The position numbers and the translations under genes are program-made. 64,000 nt of DNA from Candidatus Omnitrophota bacterium. GTDB taxonomy: Bacteria; Omnitrophota; Gorgyraeia; S143-82. Positions within the stretch are counted from its first letter, which is position 1. The number at the start of each line of letters is the position of its first letter. Shown in pieces: positions 10,152-19,324 of this stretch. The DNA lies in assembly GCA_015494465.1 (NCBI GenBank), contig WGBD01000007.1, positions 67,009-131,008 on the forward strand, given 5' to 3'. The notes under the pieces are model-generated. The model was not told where the DNA came from. It made no database searches and saw only the letters and a program-made list of their open reading frames with translations.

Positions 10152-11047
10152 CTTCGGTCTTCCTCACCCACCTTCTTAGAGGCCACCGCAGAAAGCAAGT
10201 GGGCCACTATCAAAAGCCCTATCAAGTCCAAGCCAAATACCACATATCCCAAGGCATCGTGAAATCGTCCCAAGGCCACCTCCACCCCGTAAACATCCGC
10301 AACGAACCCCAGAGAAAGCACCCTAAAGACATTCCCTAGGAAGGCAACCAAAGGCGACAAGAGAACCAACATCAGGGTGTATCTGGTGCGCCAGCGCCTG
10401 ACTCGACCCAGCAAAAGGGCTATCGCCATCAGAGACACGATGGAACGCAATCCACTACAAGGGGCACCGACTTCCAACTGGGCCCGAGCGGTAAATATTC
10501 GATTTCCTACTACCTTGGTAGCGATACCAATGGCGCTCAACAACTTTCCCGCCAAGACCGCCGAGACACTCTTCAGATGCAGGGCAACCTGTTCCAGAAA
10601 TACCATGGGTAAAGGAATCGCCAACAGTGAGAAGAAGACCCAAAATCGGATCTTCCTCCAAAGCTGAGCCTCTAGTGAATACCTCAACACCACCAGAACG
10701 GACAGCCAGACCGATAAGGCCAATAGGAAGTAGACCTTTATCCATGAGGAGATGAGATAGAGGAGAGATACGAAGAGGACTGCTACCCAACCAGCCTTTC
10801 CCCCTCTAGCCAATGGCTCAGGCAGTCCACGGATGCGAAAGTCCCGATATAGGTGATAAATAAGCGCTACTATCGCAAGGCCTAGCACCAGAGGCCCGTG
10901 GGAATAATAAGACTCGTAAGCCATCCACCTCTCCCAGAACCAGCGGTAAACGGGCAGGCCCATTACCGCCACACCCACCGACAGGGCCAACCAGGTGAGC
11001 AGATTAATCAAATCTCTCGATGTCGTCTTCCTCGAGATAATCTCCAT
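10148..11047 (-). CDS. xrtA: exosortase (XrtA/EpsH family transpeptidase)
   Basis: The 299-aa polytopic membrane protein (about 8 helices) has a cysteine in the GAPCSGLRSIVSLMAIALLLG block and an Asn/Arg block FLGNVFRVLSLGF. This is consistent with the exosortase Cys-Arg-Asn triad. It is adjacent to EpsI and a PrsK/PrsR-like pair. Confidence 0.7.
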   Translation of the reverse strand: MEIISRKTTSRDLINLLTWLALSVGVAVMGLPVYRWFWERWMAYESYYSHGPLVLGLAIVALIYHLYRDFRIRGLPEPLARGGKAGWVAVLFVSLLYLISSWIKVYFLLALSVWLSVLVVLRYSLEAQLWRKIRFWVFFSLLAIPLPMVFLEQVALHLKSVSAVLAGKLLSAIGIATKVVGNRIFTARAQLEVGAPCSGLRSIVSLMAIALLLGRVRRWRTRYTLMLVLLSPLVAFLGNVFRVLSLGFVADVYGVEVALGRFHDALGYVVFGLDLIGLLIVAHLLSAVASKKVGEEDRR

Positions 11048-12416
11048 TCTGCACCTCTATGATCTCCAAAGGGATCTTGCCGGGATTCTCCAGCTTGTGC
11101 AACTCTCCCGCAGGTATGTAGGTGCTCTCGTTGGGATGGACATAGAACACCTCATCCCCCCGCCTCACCTTGGCCACGCCCCTCAACACTACCCAGTGCT
11201 CACTGCGATGCTGATGCCTCTGGAGGCTGAGGGCCTTGCCGGGATAGACCACTATCCTCTTGGTCTTGTACCTCGGGCCCCGATCCAGGATCACATAATA
11301 TCCCCAACCCCTCTCTACCCTGGCAGGATCTCTCCAGGAAAGGTCCTCTTCCTGCTCCAGCCTCTCTGCGACGGACTTCACCTCCTGAACATCGTCCATG
11401 GAGCAGACCAGGAGGGAGTCCGGCGTATCTACCACCACCAGGTCCTGCACCCCTACCAGCCCCACCGTCTTGTCCTTAGGAGAGATAACCAAACTCCCCC
11501 GGGCAGATTCTGAGACCACTCGTCCCAAGAACACATTCCCCTGCTCGTCTTTGTCGTACATCTCGTAGACTGCAGACCAGCTCCCCAGATCAGACCAACT
11601 GAACCTAGCAGGCGAGCACCACAGCTCGTCCAGTTTCTCCAAAAAGGCATAGTCTATCGATATGGAAGGCACCATGTCGTAGGCCTTCACCAGAGCTTCC
11701 TCCCCAGAGGCGTCGGCTATAGGTCGATACACCTCTGGCATCAACTCCTCTGCCTTTCGCGAGAAGGCCTCCAGGTCGAAGAGGAACATACCGCTATTCC
11801 AGAGATATCTACCCTCCGAGACATAGGCCTTGGCCCTGTCTAGGTCGGGCTTCTCGGTAAAACCTAAAACCTTACGGAGCTCAAACCGGGTATCGTCACC
11901 TAGACGCTCTCCCCCCACCTCTATGTACCCATAGCCAGTCGCGGGATAGGTAGGTGGTATGCCGAATACCACAAAAATCTTCCCCTCTCGGCACCTCTCA
12001 CCTGCCCAAGAGAGCTGGTGTCGAAATCTCTCCGTCTCTCGAATAAGGTGATCACAGGGAAGCATAACGCAGGGCCCACCCGCCCCTAACTCCTTGAGGG
12101 TCTTGACCGCCAACACGAGGGCGGGTGCGGTGTTCCTGCCTCGGGGCTCAGAAAGGAACACGGTCCTTCCCCTAGGGATACCGATATTATCTAGCTGCTG
12201 AGACAGAAGTCTACTCTGATCTGAGTTGGTCACCACTACCAACTTGCCCTCTTCCCCAAGCAGGTCCCACACCCTCATCACCGTCTCCTCGAAGAGGCTG
12301 GAATTACCGAAGAGAGATATGAGGTGTTTCGGGAGACCCTTTCTGCTGAGGGGCCAGAGCCTAGTTCCCTTCCCACCCGCAAGGAGTATCGCGTGCACTT
12401 CTCGACCTACCTCCAC
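11004..12416 (-). CDS. manC: mannose-1-phosphate guanylyltransferase / mannose-6-phosphate isomerase (ManC/XanB type)
   Basis: The N-terminal nucleotidyltransferase motif is ILLAGGKGTRLWPLSRKGLPKHL. The C-terminal cupin ends with GELHKLENPGKIPLEIIEVQNGDYLEEDDIERFD. The 470-aa length is typical of the bifunctional enzyme. Confidence 0.85.
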   Translation of the reverse strand: MEVGREVHAILLAGGKGTRLWPLSRKGLPKHLISLFGNSSLFEETVMRVWDLLGEEGKLVVVTNSDQSRLLSQQLDNIGIPRGRTVFLSEPRGRNTAPALVLAVKTLKELGAGGPCVMLPCDHLIRETERFRHQLSWAGERCREGKIFVVFGIPPTYPATGYGYIEVGGERLGDDTRFELRKVLGFTEKPDLDRAKAYVSEGRYLWNSGMFLFDLEAFSRKAEELMPEVYRPIADASGEEALVKAYDMVPSISIDYAFLEKLDELWCSPARFSWSDLGSWSAVYEMYDKDEQGNVFLGRVVSESARGSLVISPKDKTVGLVGVQDLVVVDTPDSLLVCSMDDVQEVKSVAERLEQEEDLSWRDPARVERGWGYYVILDRGPRYKTKRIVVYPGKALSLQRHQHRSEHWVVLRGVAKVRRGDEVFYVHPNESTYIPAGELHKLENPGKIPLEIIEVQNGDYLEEDDIERFD

Positions 12417-13531
12417 TTTACTGAATAGTCACCCCGCACATACCTCACCAGGGCCACAACCGCTGCCAGATTCATCACAAAGAAGGTATACGGCAGGGAC
12501 AACCTGCCCCTCGGCACCACCCCAAGAGAAAGTGGCACCACCGCCAGAAGGTAAAAGGCCGTCTGCAGGGCAAAGAACAGACCTGCCCACAGTGAGCCCG
12601 CTAAGGCGCTGGCAACATAACATACTACCATCGCATAGGGTACAAATAAACGAAATAGTTTGTGGGACAAAAACTGCCAGAATACCGGGTTCTTTAGGCT
12701 TACGAAGAAGGGATCAAGAGCGACTAGCTGAAAGTTCCCTATCAAAGTCCGCACCTTCCTTTGAAATTCCTCCCATTCGTCCTTGGCCACCCGATCGTAT
12801 ATCACCGCCTCCCGCTGAAAGACTATCCTCTTGCCCGCCCTTATCGCGTTAAAGGGCTGATAGACATCGTCGAGTATGACATCCCTCGGCAGGTCCGACA
12901 CCAATGAACCCCGCATTGCGTAAAGGGCACCAGTAGCACCCGTCAGGGAGAAGAACCTGGATTCACAGTCGCGAATAAGCTTCTCGTATCGCCAGTAAAG
13001 GCCTATGTCCCCCCTCACCTCACCCACATCGTCCAAAAACACCAACTCCCCGCTTACCGCTCCTACCGAAGGATCCCCCAAAGGTCTGATCAAGGTCCTA
13101 AGTGCGGAGGGGGCCAATGCCTGCCTGGCATCGCTAAAGACCACCACCTCCGCAGATAGATCCCGAGTGAGCTCGTTCAATACTGTCGGCTTACCCATAC
13201 GCTGGGCAAAGACCTGTATGGAGATGTTCTGGGATAGATCACCGAGGGCACTCCTTATACGCAAGGCCTCTTCCTGAGTTCCCTCGTCCAATCCAATCCT
13301 GACCTCTAACCGATCCAACGGATAGTCCGAGGCGAACACGCTCTTCAACTTCTCTATCAAAGCCTCCACCTCCCGATAACAGGAGATCACCATCGTGATC
13401 CTCGGGAGAAAATCCCCTTCCTTAACCGGCCTTGGTCTTATCCTCGCCAAACAACACATCAGCAGTGGATACCCCAGATAGGTGTACCCTACAAACAGGC
13501 AACTCGTTATCATTGCAACTTCTGCGATCAT
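12407..13531 (-). CDS. family-2 glycosyltransferase with C-terminal membrane helices
   Basis: The GT-A fold region has MVISCYREVEALIEKLKSV and the DxD region VVVFSDARQ. A hydrophobic C-terminal third suggests a synthase-like GT2. Confidence 0.7.
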   Translation of the reverse strand: MIAEVAMITSCLFVGYTYLGYPLLMCCLARIRPRPVKEGDFLPRITMVISCYREVEALIEKLKSVFASDYPLDRLEVRIGLDEGTQEEALRIRSALGDLSQNISIQVFAQRMGKPTVLNELTRDLSAEVVVFSDARQALAPSALRTLIRPLGDPSVGAVSGELVFLDDVGEVRGDIGLYWRYEKLIRDCESRFFSLTGATGALYAMRGSLVSDLPRDVILDDVYQPFNAIRAGKRIVFQREAVIYDRVAKDEWEEFQRKVRTLIGNFQLVALDPFFVSLKNPVFWQFLSHKLFRLFVPYAMVVCYVASALAGSLWAGLFFALQTAFYLLAVVPLSLGVVPRGRLSLPYTFFVMNLAAVVALVRYVRGDYSVKWR

Positions 13532-14220
13532 CTCCGGGAATAAAAACGAGACTTTATCGATTCGTAAACTCTACCTCCCAGCAATCTCTTCAGGGCCAAG
13601 GCAGAAAACCTGCGGACTTTTAGCCAACCCAGGTAAACTGGATCCTGGGAGAGAACCCTTTCCAATTGGGAGACCCCGTCAACCTTCCGAACGACGAATC
13701 TCGGAGCCAAGAATTCACCCCTCCAAACTCCGGGCTCGGAAGTAAAGGCGACCTCTACCCCGTAGTCCCTTAACACATCTTCACTGCGGGGGGGCACTAC
13801 GCCGTGGGGAAAGGAAAACCAGACAGGTCCCTGCAGCCACCTATTCAACTTATCTATCGCCTTCCTCAACTGGGCCTCTAACTCCTCTCGAGAGCTTATC
13901 GGTTTGTGCTCGTATCCGTGCAGACCGATCCTGATCCCTGCCTCTCTCAGTATGTCCAACTCCCCTTCCGCAAGCATCTTTCTTCCCTGCAAGGTTTCAC
14001 CCAGATAGGCTGGTGAGACGAAGACTACCGTCTCTATACCGGATTCCACTATCGGATCCAAGGCCTCCAGAATGGAGTTATACCCATCGTCAAAGGAGAG
14101 GATCACTCTACCTGAATAGGCCTTGATCACCCGCAGGTGATCCAAGAATCTCGGGAGGGAAACGGTATAGGGATCTCCATCCTCACCTATGTGGTGATAC
14201 ATCAGGACTACCTTCTCCAC
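13528..14220 (-). CDS. polysaccharide deacetylase (NodB homology domain)
   Basis: The NodB-type motifs are LSFDDGY, HGYEH and conserved His/Asp positions. The family is commonly found in exosortase loci. Confidence 0.7.
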   Translation of the reverse strand: MEKVVLMYHHIGEDGDPYTVSLPRFLDHLRVIKAYSGRVILSFDDGYNSILEALDPIVESGIETVVFVSPAYLGETLQGRKMLAEGELDILREAGIRIGLHGYEHKPISSREELEAQLRKAIDKLNRWLQGPVWFSFPHGVVPPRSEDVLRDYGVEVAFTSEPGVWRGEFLAPRFVVRKVDGVSQLERVLSQDPVYLGWLKVRRFSALALKRLLGGRVYESIKSRFYSRR

Positions 14221-16471
14221 CCAACACCTCGGAAAGGAATTCCCCTATCTCGTCCCTGCGCTTCAACAATTGACGGCCATCGTGTGTATACCTGGTAAAG
14301 GAATCCCAGAGCGAAGAGAAATCCAACAGGCGTCTCAATTGCTGGCGTTGCTCGAGAGGGAGATCCCTATTCTCCAATCCCTTCAAGAGGACCAGATACT
14401 CGTAGTCCTCCATACCGTCCCTAAATATCTCGTCCCTTATGCTGGGAACGATCTCGTCTTTATAGGGATAAAACAGACTACCGTTGCCGTTTTGCTGCCA
14501 CGGGGTATTGAAGGTAACCTCCCAGGGATTTCCCCCCTGCCAGAAGTTGACCGCCCAATACAGAAAACCCTTGATACCCTTTTCGAACATCATCCAGGGC
14601 AGGATACGATGCTCTACCCCCAGAGAGTCTATCACCAGGTTAGGGGTTTTGCCGTCGGGCCCAGAGACATACATCCATATCTCCATACCTCGCTCCATCA
14701 ACCTCCGCATCCCCAGCCGGTTATAACTGGCGATCTGGAAACACCAGATGTCTATGTCCTTGCCCCAATCGGGATTGACCGCGGGATCCCAGAACCCGTG
14801 ATAGCAGACCATGTTCTTCAGGCCGGGTGCAACCGAATGTATGGCGAAGCACACCCTTGCCACGAAGGGATCGCCTATCTTGCCCTCGTCCCAGGTGTAG
14901 ATGTAGGCCATGTCCAACAGTCCCATCTTGTCCAGGACATGGGCGTAATCCGCGTACCTGTCCGCCACTTCCTTCAACTTCTTCGGATCCCGGGGCCAGT
15001 TGTTCCCAAAACTTCCTCCGTAGCGCCCCACCGCAAAGGCATTGAGACCCCGATTTAGCAGGTCCTGGATCTCCTCCTTAAACCCGATCGCGGTGGGTTC
15101 CACCTTCAACATAGGGGACATGCGATACTCCAACATGAGGCTGTGGAGTTGATGCTTTATCTTTCTCAACCTTGCCTTCCACAGCCTGTAATCCTCCCCC
15201 TTCTTGCGGGGAAAGTACTCGGCAAAGAACGAGTCGTAGACATCGAAGGCGGTCTTGAGCGTGGGTCTTCTAGGGATAGAGAAGTCCCACACCTTTACGG
15301 TCAACGGTACCTCGTAGATCAGCTCCCCGCTGGATCCATCCACCAACCTAACCATCCCCGAATAGGTCCCTGCCTTTATTCTCTCACCCGCCTTAATCCT
15401 CACCAGGAGCAGACACATCTTCCCTTTGGATAGGTGGACCCTTCCCTTCACCTCCAACATTGGATCCGGCCACCACCCTACATGCGTGACCGGGTAATAG
15501 GGCCTTTTGGTCTTGACGAATCTCACCTCGTAGATCTCACACTTCAGGTTGGCCTTTAGGTCTAGCTCTATACGGAGATCCACATCCCGCTTCACATCGA
15601 ACAAGACGATCTGTTGGGACTCTGCCTCCCCTTTGGCCATTTTCAGGGATAGCACCTTGCCCATCTCCAGACGGTTGCGAAGATAGGAGCGCTTAGGTAT
15701 AACCTTAAAGATGCTATCTACCACCCCATAGGAGAAGGGCTTGACCACCTCTCCCGCAAAGGCAAGTCCCTCCCAAGCGAGGCCAGGGCTGCATTCCGCC
15801 TGGCGATTAGCGCAGTACTGTCCCAGTCCGTCCAGATACAGCTCCACGGTACTGCTAGGGGAGGGCAAGAAGATCTTTATGTAGGATATCGCCTTGGGAT
15901 CCAGGTTCTGGGAGAGCTCTGATAGGGGGATCCGCACCTTGGTCCACTTACCTGGTGCAAGGGAGTATGTGCGCTCGAAGACCTTTTTGGGATAGTTGGC
16001 CCCGCTCTTCAGCTTGACCACCAACCTCTGCTCGAACTGAGAGCGATTGAAGGCGTCAAATCCAAAGTACTCGCATCCCGACAGGTCCAGCAACCTAGAG
16101 ACATTGAACACCTCCCAATACAACCCCGGATAACTCGCCCCCGCAGGGAACTCTAGGTAGAGAGACCTCTTCCCCTCACTGGCCATCTCCGAGGTGAGCT
16201 CTGCGTACAACCCGTCGGTAAGCCGAAAGAACTTGAGGTCTCCCTGTTTCTCAAACCCCAAAAACCAACGGTCAGTTTTACCCCTCTTCCCCTGCTCCTT
16301 ATTGCCTCCAGCTGTGGAGGTAAAAGGCCTGCTCAAGCGCTTGCTCGTCTCCCGTATAGAGGAGAAGTCAGCGATCCCGCCCTCTTCCTTACCTAGTCCA
16401 TAACACACCACGAAGACCCCACAGGCCCCGAGGGCCAGACCTATCAAGAACGCAACTATCACATCCCGCAT
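14183..16471 (-). CDS. large membrane-anchored hypothetical protein (762 aa), possibly a DUF4091-like glycoside-hydrolase-fold protein
   Basis: The N-terminal TM helix is MRDVIVAFLIGLALGACGVFVVCYGL. The protein has a W/Y/D-rich region (VKVWDFSIP, YIYTWDEGKIGDP, FWDPAVNPDWGKDIDIWCFQ) that resembles carbohydrate-active folds. The family assignment is from memory and is unverified. Confidence 0.35.
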   Translation of the reverse strand: MRDVIVAFLIGLALGACGVFVVCYGLGKEEGGIADFSSIRETSKRLSRPFTSTAGGNKEQGKRGKTDRWFLGFEKQGDLKFFRLTDGLYAELTSEMASEGKRSLYLEFPAGASYPGLYWEVFNVSRLLDLSGCEYFGFDAFNRSQFEQRLVVKLKSGANYPKKVFERTYSLAPGKWTKVRIPLSELSQNLDPKAISYIKIFLPSPSSTVELYLDGLGQYCANRQAECSPGLAWEGLAFAGEVVKPFSYGVVDSIFKVIPKRSYLRNRLEMGKVLSLKMAKGEAESQQIVLFDVKRDVDLRIELDLKANLKCEIYEVRFVKTKRPYYPVTHVGWWPDPMLEVKGRVHLSKGKMCLLLVRIKAGERIKAGTYSGMVRLVDGSSGELIYEVPLTVKVWDFSIPRRPTLKTAFDVYDSFFAEYFPRKKGEDYRLWKARLRKIKHQLHSLMLEYRMSPMLKVEPTAIGFKEEIQDLLNRGLNAFAVGRYGGSFGNNWPRDPKKLKEVADRYADYAHVLDKMGLLDMAYIYTWDEGKIGDPFVARVCFAIHSVAPGLKNMVCYHGFWDPAVNPDWGKDIDIWCFQIASYNRLGMRRLMERGMEIWMYVSGPDGKTPNLVIDSLGVEHRILPWMMFEKGIKGFLYWAVNFWQGGNPWEVTFNTPWQQNGNGSLFYPYKDEIVPSIRDEIFRDGMEDYEYLVLLKGLENRDLPLEQRQQLRRLLDFSSLWDSFTRYTHDGRQLLKRRDEIGEFLSEVLGGEGSPDVSPHR

Positions 16472-17553
16472 GTTACCTCCTTCAACAATTCCTCGTACCT
16501 GGATATCATCCTCTCCAGGCTGTACTCTCGCTTTATCCTCTCCCTGGCCATCTGGCCCATTGTTCTCCTCACTTCCTCGTTTTCGTAAAGACTTAGTATT
16601 GCCCCTGCCAGGTCCATCGGATCGTCTGGGCTCACATAAAGACCGCAGTTGCCCAAGACCTCCTTGTTAGGGGCTATGGCAGTTGCTATACAAGGCCTCC
16701 CAGCGGACATGTATTCCAACAAGGTGTTGGACATCCCCTCGTCTCTTGAGAGCTGAACGCAGACATCCGAGCGAGAAAGGATCTCAGGGATGTCCTTCCT
16801 CTCCCCTAAAAACTCCACCACCGACTCCAATCCCTTAGCGTGCACCAAACCCTTGAGGCTGGACATCGTCCCTTTGTCCTTACCCACCAACCAGATCCTC
16901 ATTTCCGGAATCCGCGCCCTTATCAGCGAAGCGGACTCTATGAGCAGACGGTGATTCTTTACCTCCGAAAGGTTTGCTACATAGGTGATCACGAACCCCT
17001 CTCCTTCTTTCCCCTTCTCTTCGACAAGAAAGGATTCCACCCCGTTGGGAATGACCCTTACCTTCGCCTCGGGAAGGCCCTGTTGTCTGCGCAAGACCTC
17101 CTTTACATAGTGAGAGACCGCGCAGACATAATCGAACCGAGGATTTATAAACCAGCGGTAGACCCAAGGATGGTACGGTCTCATCCAGAAACCTGCATCC
17201 CTGCGCATCGAGACCATGGCCCCAGGATAAGAATCCCTCAAGAACATGGCCAGCCACAGGTCCGCACCGAAGTGATAGGAGAATATACTGCAGTAGGCCC
17301 TCTGGGCAATCCGCTTCCTCCAACGACAGGCAACCTCTCTGCCCCGAGGCGAATACACCCGCGATACCTTCTCGACGAAGACCTCTATCCCTTCCCGCTC
17401 AAACGAGGCCCTGTCCTTGCAATCCGACTGCAGGACCAACAGGTCTACCTTCCATCCTCTCTGGACCAATCCCTTAGCAAGTAGATACATCTGCTTCTCC
17501 GCACCCCCGGTGATCGCGTCCAGATAATCGGTTACTAAGAGCAGCCGCCTCAT
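16459..17553 (-). CDS. family-1 (GT4-type) glycosyltransferase
   Basis: The C-terminal GT-B signature is SRDEGMSNTLLEYMSAGRPCIATAIAPNKEVLGNCGLYV (the E-x7-E region). An N-terminal TDYLDAITGGAEKQMYLLAKGL block is also present. Confidence 0.8.
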   Translation of the reverse strand: MRRLLLVTDYLDAITGGAEKQMYLLAKGLVQRGWKVDLLVLQSDCKDRASFEREGIEVFVEKVSRVYSPRGREVACRWRKRIAQRAYCSIFSYHFGADLWLAMFLRDSYPGAMVSMRRDAGFWMRPYHPWVYRWFINPRFDYVCAVSHYVKEVLRRQQGLPEAKVRVIPNGVESFLVEEKGKEGEGFVITYVANLSEVKNHRLLIESASLIRARIPEMRIWLVGKDKGTMSSLKGLVHAKGLESVVEFLGERKDIPEILSRSDVCVQLSRDEGMSNTLLEYMSAGRPCIATAIAPNKEVLGNCGLYVSPDDPMDLAGAILSLYENEEVRRTMGQMARERIKREYSLERMISRYEELLKEVTCGM

Positions 17554-18902
17554 GCCCTATCCCTCGCGTACTCGTAGCTGGCCCTTGCCACTATCCCTGC
17601 GGAGACCGCAAGGTACATGTTAATGGGCAGATAGGCAAGCCTGGTCCCAAACATGTTACCCAGCAGTAAGGCCAGGATAGAACCGACGAGCCCCAAGGCC
17701 ATGGCCCTTAGGAACCACACATCCGCCTTGCGCCAGACCCGGTAGGCGATGAACAAGAGCCGAACGAACAGGTAGATCACCGCCATCAGCGAAGGCAACC
17801 CCATCTCCAGGGCTATGTCGTAGTACATGTTGTGGGTATCCCTGGGCAGTAAAAAGGCGGAGGCGTTGTAGCCGTAGCCTAGTATTGGCGAGGCCATGAT
17901 TTTCTGCCTCGCTATCCGCCAGACATTCTTGCGCCCCTTTATGCTGGCGTCCTCGTGGGTAATGGAAGTGAGTCTCTCCCTCACCGATACCGGCCACAGC
18001 GGATAGGACAACACCCCTAACAACACCAATAGGGCGAACACCCGCCGATCCTTTATCCAAGACATCCCACCCAATCCCAAGAAACACGACAGGTAGGCCC
18101 CCCGGGAATAGGTCATGAACAGGGCGTGGATCCCCAGTAATACCAGCAGAATAGAAAACAGGCGCAATGGTACATAGGGATGCTCCAGGGCTAGGGCGAA
18201 GACAAAAGGCAGGCCCTGGGCGTAATAGGTGCCCAGCTCGTTTGCCCCTCCACCGCCTTCGAAGGATCCAGGGATGCGCATCTTGTGGGAATAGTGCCAA
18301 GAGGCGACCGCGCTGTGCTGGGAAATGGTGACCCTAATCTCGTAAATCAGACCCAATACCATCACCCCAAAGAGGGCGATTATGTAGATGGGGCGCCGTA
18401 ACGAGAAGGAGTTCATAGAGAGCAACAGGACGATGTAGAAGGTAATGTAGCGCTTGAAACTGTTTAACTCCTCCCCCACGAGGGAATAACCAAAGAATGA
18501 GGCCCCTCTTATAAACGAGATAATGGCGAATACCAAGATTACCAATATCGGGATGTTGATAGGAGACGGCCTTACAAAGTCCTCCCTGCGCACCGCTGAA
18601 CCCAACAACCACCCCATCACGATCAAGACGAGAAATATGTTAGTCAGATTGACCCCTGAACCAAAGTTAAAGGTCCCAGTCATGAATGGCTCGTTGATGA
18701 TCAACAAGGTCCAGACCAGTAGGGGAATCTCCGGGCTGAACACCGCGCAGAAGAACAAGATCGCTCCCAAAAACAAGGCCAGGGTGATCTTGAGCCCTAG
18801 GACGAACATGCTCCAAAGGAGGATAAAGGAGAAGCCGATCCCTGCCAATAGGAGCCAACGCCAGTCTAGATATACGAACTCCTTCTCGTCAATTCGATAC
18901 AT
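17550..18902 (-). CDS. O-antigen ligase / Wzy-like polysaccharide polymerase family membrane protein
   Basis: The 450-aa protein has at least 10 predicted helices and a periplasmic loop typical of Wzy_C proteins (HNMYYDIALEMGLPSLMAVIYLF). The family is common in exosortase EPS loci. Confidence 0.6.
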   Translation of the reverse strand: MYRIDEKEFVYLDWRWLLLAGIGFSFILLWSMFVLGLKITLALFLGAILFFCAVFSPEIPLLVWTLLIINEPFMTGTFNFGSGVNLTNIFLVLIVMGWLLGSAVRREDFVRPSPINIPILVILVFAIISFIRGASFFGYSLVGEELNSFKRYITFYIVLLLSMNSFSLRRPIYIIALFGVMVLGLIYEIRVTISQHSAVASWHYSHKMRIPGSFEGGGGANELGTYYAQGLPFVFALALEHPYVPLRLFSILLVLLGIHALFMTYSRGAYLSCFLGLGGMSWIKDRRVFALLVLLGVLSYPLWPVSVRERLTSITHEDASIKGRKNVWRIARQKIMASPILGYGYNASAFLLPRDTHNMYYDIALEMGLPSLMAVIYLFVRLLFIAYRVWRKADVWFLRAMALGLVGSILALLLGNMFGTRLAYLPINMYLAVSAGIVARASYEYARDRA

Positions 18903-18916
18903 GGGCCGAGATCTAC

Positions 18917-19324
18917 CTACATTGCATAGGTGTTCTCTATGGTCCCGTCCCGGTTTATTCCAATGACATAGGGTTGATCCCTAGTCAGCTGATAGGAGGT
19001 CCTGTTGGCGTAACACACATCGGCTATGCTGGTATCTGGGGTGTCCCCAAGGTGGAACTCAAAGTACCTGGCAAAGGATTGGTCAGGTGGGGTTATGTCC
19101 AGGCTATTGAAGTAGGCGTCCGAGGATATCCACACCGCGTGTTCCGCGTAATAGCGAATCAAGGCCATCCTTATCTGACCCAGATACTTCAAGGCCTCGG
19201 ATTGCCTGGCCCTCTCCACCGTCTTAAAGTAGACCTGCTCCCCTAACGAGATCAGGATCCCGAGTATGATCAGGACCATCACCAGCTCCAAAAGGGTAAA
19301 TCCCGGTTTCGCCTTCATACCCAT
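18917..19324 (-). CDS. prepilin-type (type IV pilin / pseudopilin) protein
   Basis: The class III signal is MKAKPG|FTLLELVMVLIILGILISL (G-F-T-L-L-E with a hydrophobic helix). The mature protein is about 125 aa. Confidence 0.7.
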   Translation of the reverse strand: MGMKAKPGFTLLELVMVLIILGILISLGEQVYFKTVERARQSEALKYLGQIRMALIRYYAEHAVWISSDAYFNSLDITPPDQSFARYFEFHLGDTPDTSIADVCYANRTSYQLTRDQPYVIGINRDGTIENTYAM

